Assembly: GCA_046729135.1 (NCBI GenBank)
Contig: JBKPGB010000078.1
Coordinates: 20,086-84,085 of the forward strand
Direction of reading: 5' to 3'
Source: Thermoproteota archaeon
GTDB lineage: Archaea > Thermoproteota > Nitrososphaeria > Nitrososphaerales > Nitrososphaeraceae
Length of the DNA: 64,000 bases
Both the position numbers and the translations under genes were made by a program. Position 1 is the stretch's first letter, and each line of letters starts with the position of its first letter. This document shows positions 58,514 to 64,000 of the stretch, piece after piece. The notes below the pieces were generated by a model. It ran no database searches. It worked only from the letters and a program-made list of their open reading frames with translations, and was not told the origin of the DNA.

Positions 58514-59287
58514 CTAAGTAATGATAGGTACTTTTTGTCCCAGTATATTTCCTGAATAAGCAAATTCGTTATTCAGTATCGCATCTGTGTAAGACGAGAA
58601 CATAGTAGCATCTACACACGATCCATGCATAGGGAATGTAATTTTTGGCTCAAGTTTTACAAGTCTTCTGGTTGTTTGTCTGACCGGTTCTTCACTGCCA
58701 AATATTCCCACTGTCCTATACAGCTGAATCATTTGGTCTGAAAGATCCCCTGATAATATTGGTTTATTATCTCCGGGTTGAATGAACAAATCTGATGTAA
58801 AGAGAGATTTAGTTGTCTCTTCAAAGATCATCATGCTATCCCAATGGTGAACATGGGGAGTCATGATAAATCTAAAAGTACGTTTACCAGTTTTGAGAAC
58901 TTCATTATCCCAAAAGGAAATATGATCGGTAGGTACGTTGAACCATCCAGTTAGGTTTAGTTTGGAACTCAAATCGCTACATACCAGCTTTACTCGAGGT
59001 GACTTTAGAAATTCCATCCCACCCCATTCATCACTTTCAAAGTGTAAGAATGCAACGTAGGCTAATTTTTCAAGATTAATAACTTCCCTTACTTTCTCCT
59101 CTATTCTTCTGTACATCCCGATCGGTCCCGTATGAATTAGTATTGGATTTTCATCTTGAATTAGAAACTGATTAAACGTAATACCGTACGTTTCCACAAA
59201 TCCGGCAATCCGATATATACCATCTATAACTTCGGAAATTGAGACTTCGACATCATTTGAGTGAAAAGTCTTGCTAACTTCTGGCAT
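58514..59287 (-). CDS. Metallo-beta-lactamase-fold di-iron protein (FprA N-domain / ODP-like)
   Basis: TFNQFLI, HFESDE, TPHVHHWD, LFTSDLF, PMHG metal-ligand motifs; no flavodoxin domain. Confidence 0.8.
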   Translation of the reverse strand: MPEVSKTFHSNDVEVSISEVIDGIYRIAGFVETYGITFNQFLIQDENPILIHTGPIGMYRRIEEKVREVINLEKLAYVAFLHFESDEWGGMEFLKSPRVKLVCSDLSSKLNLTGWFNVPTDHISFWDNEVLKTGKRTFRFIMTPHVHHWDSMMIFEETTKSLFTSDLFIQPGDNKPILSGDLSDQMIQLYRTVGIFGSEEPVRQTTRRLVKLEPKITFPMHGSCVDATMFSSYTDAILNNEFAYSGNILGQKVPIIT

Positions 59288-59577
59288 TATGGTAGATAGA
59301 AGAATTAGGCAATAATAACTTTAGACTGGAAAAATCAGAATTTTTACTTTAGTTCCGATTAAAATTCAGTCATATCCATTTCGTGCCTCTACCAACATAT
59401 ATTGTTACCTTGTTTTAAACTATATTTTCTAAATGTTTTTGCATGTTCTGTCAAAAATAGTTCCGTTCAAGAATAATCATAATAGCATATTCAAATATTC
59501 AAATTGGTTTTGAAAGAATGAAAATGCGATCTTGGCTATGATCATTCAACCCAAGAAACAGTAGAACTATCTGTAAT

Positions 59578-59745
59578 TCATGATGTGCAACAAATATCTT
59601 TATTTTCACATTTGCAATTTACTGGTTTTTTTAGGCATATCGGACAAATTATAGCCCCGCAGCCTACGCATGCATTATCTGCCTTATTACAAGCCCAATG
59701 ACTGCATGTGATAGTATTCGATTTTAACTTATATTATTCTAACAT
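59578..59745 (-). pseudogene. Cys-rich B-box-like zinc-finger ORF with an in-frame stop at codon 4
   Basis: Manual translation: MLE*YKLKSNTITCSHWACNKADNACVGCGAIICPICLKKPVNCKCENKDICCTS*; 10 Cys in the last 42 residues. Confidence 0.6.
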
Positions 59746-59821
59746 ATTATATAAAATTCTTGATCGAATTCTGGAACCTACAATATGTAGCGGATAAATA
59801 ACTTGTTACGCATAAAATAGT

Positions 59822-60223
59822 ATGAGTAAGACGAGCAGGAGTAAGACGAGCAGGAGTAAGACGAGCAGGAGTAAGACGAGCAGGAGTAAGACGAGCAGGG
59901 GTAAGACGAGCAGGGGTAAGACGAGCAGGGGTAAGACGAGCAGGAGTGCGAAAGGGGAAAAATCTCATCGTGGTTCAGGTAAAATAAAGGCGGGTGCTGA
60001 AATAGGACTGGACAAATCTGATCGTGGTTCAGGTAAAATAAAAGGAGGTACTGCGATAGGAGTGGAAAAAGGTGACCGTACTTTAGGAGAAGTAAAGGTC
60101 GGTGCTGAAGTGAAAAGCGATTCTTTAAATGAGATAAAGGATGCAGCCGACAATACTTTAGATAATATAAAGTCAGGATTTAAGGCGGCTAGAAAAAAAA
60201 TCTCAAATCTTTATGACAAGTAG
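59822..60223 (+). CDS. Small hydrophilic protein with a basic (S/G)KTSR x8 N-terminus and a helical C-terminus
   Basis: In-frame 15-bp and 54-bp repeats; intact ORF from ATG to TAG. Confidence 0.75.
   Translation: MSKTSRSKTSRSKTSRSKTSRSKTSRGKTSRGKTSRGKTSRSAKGEKSHRGSGKIKAGAEIGLDKSDRGSGKIKGGTAIGVEKGDRTLGEVKVGAEVKSDSLNEIKDAADNTLDNIKSGFKAARKKISNLYDK
59825..59944 (+). repeat. 15-bp tandem repeat x8
   Basis: agtaagacgagcagg x5 followed by ggtaagacgagcagg x3. Confidence 0.98.
59963..60112 (+). repeat. 54-bp imperfect repeat (about 2.7 copies)
   Basis: Units start at 59963, 60017 and 60071: SHRGSGKIKAGAEIGLDK / SDRGSGKIKGGTAIGVEK / GDRTLGEVKVGAEV. Confidence 0.8.
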
Positions 60224-60372
60224 GAATCCACGCTTAGTCACTAGGTGTTGTTGGTTGTCTACGCTCTGACCAGTAGCATTATCTCCTGTTGGAATTTCTA
60301 TTTGTGTTGCGTTTCAACATTGTCATATCCCGATGGGTCCGTACCGGCGATGACAGGTGATTTAAATCAGAA

Positions 60373-60400
60373 ATACGTCACTTTTTTGTATATGACGTAT
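60373..60400. promoter_or_regulatory. Inverted repeat upstream of cbiA (operator or terminator candidate)
   Basis: ATACGTCA-N12-TGACGTAT, perfect 8-bp arms with a T-rich loop. Confidence 0.35.
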
Positions 60401-60514
60401 CCGTGATTAGAATATTTCTTAAAAAATTTGATTTCTATAAATTAACCAATTTTTCAAGCAGCTAAACGATATGATAAATATCAGCTAAATTTTAGTTAAT
60501 TAATCGATTAAGTA

Positions 60515-61900
60515 ATGATGAGACCACCAACACTTATTATTGCAGGTACAACTAGCGGTGTTGGTAAAACAACTATTTCGCTTGCTATAATGTATGCGTT
60601 AAAATACAAAAAAGGATTTTCAGTTCAACCATTTAAGATAGGCCCAGATTTCATAGATCATAGTTATCATAAGATAATTACAGGCAGGGAATCGCATACT
60701 TTAGATGCATGGATGATGGGAAAAAACGGGATTATTTCAACTCTTCAAAATACTGCAAAAGATGTCGATGTAGCGATAATTGAAGGAGTCATGGGCTTAT
60801 TTGATGGATTATCTGGAAAGAACGATTTTGCCAGTACCGCATATGTTGCTAAAATTCTAAACATTCCAGTCATCTTGGTAATAGACGCAGGAAAGGCCGC
60901 TCGCTCAATTGCAGCTATGGTGTTTGGTTATCTGCATTTTGACAGGAGATTGAAAATATCAGGAATAATTCTTAACAATGTTTCAGGTCCAAAACACGCA
61001 AGATATATAGCTGAAGCTTGCAAAAGCAAAATTAAAGTTCCTATATTGGGTATCGTACATAGAGACAATGAATTAAGGATGGATGAACGTCATCTTGGAT
61101 TAATTCCAACAGACGAGCTAGACTATACTAAAAAATCCAAAATAATGAAAGTAGCTAAAAAAGTATCAGAAGAGATCTATTATGATAAGATTGTTTCAAT
61201 ATTTAAATTAAAAAAATCAAAATACACAGAAATTGTAAAGAAATCTGAACCTAGTATTTCAAAACTTAAAATAGGCGTGGCACTTGACAATTCCTTCAAC
61301 TTTTACTATAATGAGAACCTAAATAGCTTAAGAAATCTAAGTGCTGAGATAACTTTTTTTAGTCCCTTAAATGATAGCCATATCCCTAATGATGTGTCAG
61401 GATTAATGTTAGGTGGAGGGTTTCCTGAAGTGATGGCAGACAAACTACATTCAAACCAATCTATGAGAAGATCAATAAAAATAGCGGTAGAGCAGGGAAT
61501 GCCAATTTACGGAGAATGTGGTGGATTAATGTACTTGACCAAATCAATAGCAGGATACAGAGATTTTAAAAAGCCATTTAAAATGGTTGGAGTAATAGAG
61601 GCCAACACAATAATGACAGGTAGATTGACGCTGAACTATACTCAGGCTGATATGACGTCCAATCTTTTTGGTAATATTCAAAACATACGAGGACATGAAT
61701 TTCATTACTCAAAGATAGAAAATATTCCAAAAGACTCAAAGTATGTGTATAAATTGAAACGTGGAAGCGGAATTGATGGCGGTAAGCATGACGGAGTCTT
61801 GATATACAACTCTATTGCGTCATACATGCATCTTCATTTTTATGATACCAGATTTCCTAATAAGTGGATAAAGTTCTGCATTGACTTTGAAAGGAGATAA
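60515..61900 (+). CDS. cbiA: Cobyrinate a,c-diamide synthase
   Basis: AGTTSGVGKTT, PFKIGPDFID, EGVMGLFDG, ERHLGL, GGGFPE, GECGG, GHEFHYS, SYMHLHF. Confidence 0.96.
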   Translation: MMRPPTLIIAGTTSGVGKTTISLAIMYALKYKKGFSVQPFKIGPDFIDHSYHKIITGRESHTLDAWMMGKNGIISTLQNTAKDVDVAIIEGVMGLFDGLSGKNDFASTAYVAKILNIPVILVIDAGKAARSIAAMVFGYLHFDRRLKISGIILNNVSGPKHARYIAEACKSKIKVPILGIVHRDNELRMDERHLGLIPTDELDYTKKSKIMKVAKKVSEEIYYDKIVSIFKLKKSKYTEIVKKSEPSISKLKIGVALDNSFNFYYNENLNSLRNLSAEITFFSPLNDSHIPNDVSGLMLGGGFPEVMADKLHSNQSMRRSIKIAVEQGMPIYGECGGLMYLTKSIAGYRDFKKPFKMVGVIEANTIMTGRLTLNYTQADMTSNLFGNIQNIRGHEFHYSKIENIPKDSKYVYKLKRGSGIDGGKHDGVLIYNSIASYMHLHFYDTRFPNKWIKFCIDFERR

Positions 61901-62002
61901 GGATGGTTGTAATAGAACCTTTATGGATTTAGGCTTTAAAATCGAATCTATCTCATTCTAAGAACATTTAATAAACATATAATTTATTCTTTTCAAAAGT
62001 TA

Positions 62003-63379
62003 TTACAATTTATTTGTTCCTTGTCCTATTGTAAGGAGTTTAATCTCTTTAGCTAAACTTTTATCTAATATACCACGACCATCGTATACAGGAATATTTC
62101 CAAAAAATGTCTTATCAAGTTTTTCATATTCTTGATGATCTGTTGCCAAAATTATCAAATTGCTATTTTTTACTGCTTTCTTCAGGTCCGACGTTAAATC
62201 AACGTTATCTTGATTGGATAAACTTGGATCACTACTGACAAGTGGATCGTGGACTCTAATTTCCTTAACTCCAAACCTTTGTAACTCTTTTATTATTGAA
62301 TAAGTAGGAGAATAACGTGTATCTGACACATCCCCTCTGAACGCTAGTCCCAATATAGTTATTGTGGATTTAGCAAGATTTGCAAAATCTAGTAGTTTTA
62401 TGGCTTGTCTTACACAATATGATGGCATTCCACCATTTATAGCTCTACTTATGTTTGTTACTTCACAAAGAACATTCATTTTATTAGCAACATCTAGTAT
62501 AAACTGTGGGTAGACAGGTATACAAGCGCCTCCAACTCCAATTCCAGGCTTATGTATATGACAATATGGTTGAGAATTTGCGGCATCTCTTGCTTGCCAG
62601 AAATCAATTCCCGCAGCTTCACAAAATTTTGCCATTTCGTTAGCTAGGGCTATATTCACATCTCTATATACACCCTCGAACAATTTTTCTGCCTCAGCTG
62701 TTCTAATACTGTCTAATAGTAACACACCTTTCTTAAAAATGAGTGAATAAAGGGTAAATGCAAGTTGCGAGCTGTTCGGTCCGACGGTTGATAGTATGGC
62801 TGGATAGTTTTCCTCTATATCTTTAATAGCACGACCTTCATAAATCCTTTCAGGATTATATATCATACAAAAATCATCTTTTACACTCAGGCCACTTTCT
62901 TTCTCAATGATAGGAATTACAATATCTTCAGTAGTTCCTGGAGGAACACTTGGATTGAGAGATACTACATCATTCTTTTTCAGTCCCTTTCCTATCATCG
63001 TGGCAACTTCAGACACTGCAGTAAGATCGGCGGAAAGTTCTTGGGCTTGTGACAATACAGGAACACAGATCATCTTAAAATAAGAGTCTCTTGAGGCTTT
63101 TATTGGATCATCATATAATTTGAATCGTCCAGACCGGATACCTTCGTTATAGGCTTCACTTACGTTTGGTTCAGGGATCATAGTCTTTCCATCTTTTGCT
63201 TCAGATAAAACCTTCCTGGATTTATCCACACCTATCAAATAGGCACCGGCCCTCAGCCAGACAGCAGCAAGAGGGGCTCCAACGTGACCTAGACCATAAA
63301 TCGCAATCCTGAGCTCTCCATTCCTTATTTTTTTTACTACCTCCACATCCTGGCGTAAACTGGAAGAGTTATGCATCAT
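62003..63379 (-). CDS. Nucleotide-sugar dehydrogenase (UDP-ManNAc/GlcNAc dehydrogenase family)
   Basis: YGLGHVG.P, PERIYEG, AEAEKLFEGVYRDVNIALANE, GVGGACIP, GLAFRGDVSD.R.SP. Confidence 0.92.
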   Translation of the reverse strand: MMHNSSSLRQDVEVVKKIRNGELRIAIYGLGHVGAPLAAVWLRAGAYLIGVDKSRKVLSEAKDGKTMIPEPNVSEAYNEGIRSGRFKLYDDPIKASRDSYFKMICVPVLSQAQELSADLTAVSEVATMIGKGLKKNDVVSLNPSVPPGTTEDIVIPIIEKESGLSVKDDFCMIYNPERIYEGRAIKDIEENYPAILSTVGPNSSQLAFTLYSLIFKKGVLLLDSIRTAEAEKLFEGVYRDVNIALANEMAKFCEAAGIDFWQARDAANSQPYCHIHKPGIGVGGACIPVYPQFILDVANKMNVLCEVTNISRAINGGMPSYCVRQAIKLLDFANLAKSTITILGLAFRGDVSDTRYSPTYSIIKELQRFGVKEIRVHDPLVSSDPSLSNQDNVDLTSDLKKAVKNSNLIILATDHQEYEKLDKTFFGNIPVYDGRGILDKSLAKEIKLLTIGQGTNKL

Positions 63380-63528
63380 AAGGTACCTTTACCGTTCCTT
63401 AATATGTACATATTGAATTTGATCTCAATAAAAAATAATTATAACGTTCTTGAAACAAATACAGTTTTGCTATTTGGAAATTAAACATGACAAAAATCAA
63501 ATTGAGGCCCATAGTGCAACGCTAGAAC

Positions 63529-63915
63529 TTATGATTCTAATTTTTTTATCGTTTTTGCAATTCTTTCAACTACATGAAAGAATTGAGGATCGAATTCTAG
63601 TTTGTCTTCTCTTTTCCATTTAGTGTACACCCTAACTCTATCTTTTTGCGGGTCAATGCTAATTTCACCTTCCTCAATCATAAACGGCTTTAACATTTCA
63701 GTAAGCTCTTTATCTGATGCCAAAGTTTGAGCCAACCTGCCTCCAATCCATTGTATGTCAATAAATCTTTTATTACCAAAATGTCCTTGGGTTTTTGCTC
63801 TGCACTTAGCCATATACGACGAAGGATTAGATATCTTGACTGGTTCAATTAAATAGTGTATCTGAAAATAAGGTAATGCTCCATAAGGGAGAGGATTTGG
63901 ATCTTGTTTTGCCAT
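63529..63915 (-). CDS. Hypothetical protein
   Basis: 128 aa ORF with ATG and ordinary composition; no recognised motif. Confidence 0.6.
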   Translation of the reverse strand: MAKQDPNPLPYGALPYFQIHYLIEPVKISNPSSYMAKCRAKTQGHFGNKRFIDIQWIGGRLAQTLASDKELTEMLKPFMIEEGEISIDPQKDRVRVYTKWKREDKLEFDPQFFHVVERIAKTIKKLES

Positions 63916-64000
63916 TGATTGATCTACGAGTTTTTGGATTCAAGCATATATCAACGTAGTGCAAGTCAATGCCATTATATTGAAGACTAATTTAGTCTGG

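Noticed and set aside
59747-59968. Minus-strand ORF with (TPARL)n repeats
   Set aside because: Mirror of the 15-bp repeat. The plus-strand frame continues into a coherent protein and is preferred.
60230-60370. Minus-strand coding-like fragments (SPVIAGTDPSGYDNVE / ATQIEIPTGDNATGQSVD), faintly Ig-like
   Set aside because: They are split across frames with stops and have no start; too short to support a call.
60224-60514. Cobalamin riboswitch upstream of cbiA
   Set aside because: None of the conserved B12-box or GGGAA/GCCACTG elements is recognisable; only an 8-bp inverted repeat is present.

Overview
Low-GC archaeal chromosomal segment. Gene content points to an ammonia-oxidising archaeon of the Nitrososphaeraceae (Thaumarchaeota/Nitrososphaeria). 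This is inferred from the Rieske-cytochrome b-cupredoxin complex III, AOA-style Amt, two-domain multicopper oxidase, archaeal exosome operon and bacterial-type uvrBAC; no amo gene or rRNA is in the window. Core-type content: trxB (partial), thi4, amt, SBDS-rrp4-rrp41-rrp42-rpl37ae-pcc1-pfdB, asd, a late cobalamin operon plus a distant cbiA, rps27e/rpl44e, complex III, bioD, sua5 and uvrBAC. Notable or accessory content: a secreted-protein/MCO cluster (25.7-30 kb), an ETF/FixABCX operon with FixC-FixX fused, a MenG-UbiA-UbiC-like cassette and a CUT1 sugar-type ABC transporter. The most unusual stretch is 57.3-60.5 kb, between uvrB and cbiA. It holds a helically phased array of CTACCCAT repeats in both orientations next to a stand-alone MCM-like AAA+ gene, a di-iron MBL protein, an uncalled Cys-rich B-box-like ORF with a stop at codon 4, and a small protein with a (S/G)KTSR x8 tandem repeat. 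I recognised no tRNA, rRNA, CRISPR array, integrase or transposase. All assignments come from motif recognition by eye; no database searches were run.
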